A stretch of 64,000 bases of DNA from Thalia democratica (taxonomy: Eukaryota): assembly GCA_965202585.1 (NCBI GenBank), contig OZ241826.1:99634001-99698000 (forward strand), read 5' to 3'. Position numbers and translations under genes: made by a program. Positions 63,501 through 64,000 of the stretch are shown in pieces. The first letter of the stretch is position 1; each line of letters begins with the position of its first letter. The notes beneath the pieces were generated by a model. The model had not been told where the DNA came from. It did no database searches and worked only from the letters and a program-made list of their open reading frames with translations.

Positions 63501-64000
63501 ATCTTAATATTATAGAGTATCCTCATACAAAATTAACTATTACCTAAATAAAATTCTGACTTTGTAGTACCCTAACAGTTATCATTTCTACAAAAATGAA
63601 TTTTTAAACAAATGTATATGTTTACTAGTTTGTTCTTTTTTTTTAAACAGTGTTGCCACTAGTTTGTTTGTTTAATACTTATAATTTGAGTTTGATTTTA
63701 TTCATGTCTGTAATTTTTATGAATGAATTTTTGAATAAAATAACTACCAACTTAGATTGATATTCTGATGTGTTTTAAATCAGTTACTAATAATAAAAAA
63801 TAATCAATAAAATTGTTGTTTTAATACGTGCCATGGTAGTATTTTTAAACTTTTAAAGGAAATATTTCATCTATTTAAAATGATAATTTTGATTATAAAT
63901 TTAATAATTTGATATAAATGTTTATTATAAGTAGTACGTTGATAAGTGTTTAAGTGTTTATAAGTGTTTATAAGTGGAGCATATGCCTTCCTTAGTTATG

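Noticed and set aside
60530-64000. Distal AT-rich region, including CAGTGT(G/T)GCCACT motifs (~62455, ~63647) and a short TAAGTGTTTA tandem
   Set aside because: Isolated transposon-end fragments and a microsatellite; nothing coherent to call.

Overview
Eukaryotic, very AT-rich, repeat-dominated DNA with no intact multi-exon protein-coding gene, RNA gene or CRISPR array that I can support. The retroelement remnants resemble cnidarian (Hydra-like) families; this is recall, not a database search. Positions 1-~17,760 are a tandem satellite of about 140 monomers of 125/126 bp (~45% GC), entered mid-monomer, so it probably continues to the left. It has a homogeneous layer (1-~7.6 kb) and a diverged layer (~8.5-17.7 kb) with recurrent 109-bp deletion monomers and local higher-order repeats. 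The array ends in a minus-strand exon-like segment with a splice acceptor, in the monomer's most protein-like frame, suggesting the satellite may have been seeded by a coding exon. The remaining ~46 kb holds three Penelope-like (GIY-YIG) remnants, one interrupted by a 2.6-kb near-palindromic long-TIR element with a 9-bp TSD and by a MITE, and followed by a possible decayed hammerhead motif. It also holds hAT-type MITEs, a composite hAT-ended element, two RTE-LINE derivatives that appear to share an endonuclease/RT deletion junction, a tandem/inverted duplication complex (49.6-54.5 kb) and several GC-rich exon-like cassettes of unknown origin (51.7-58.7 kb).
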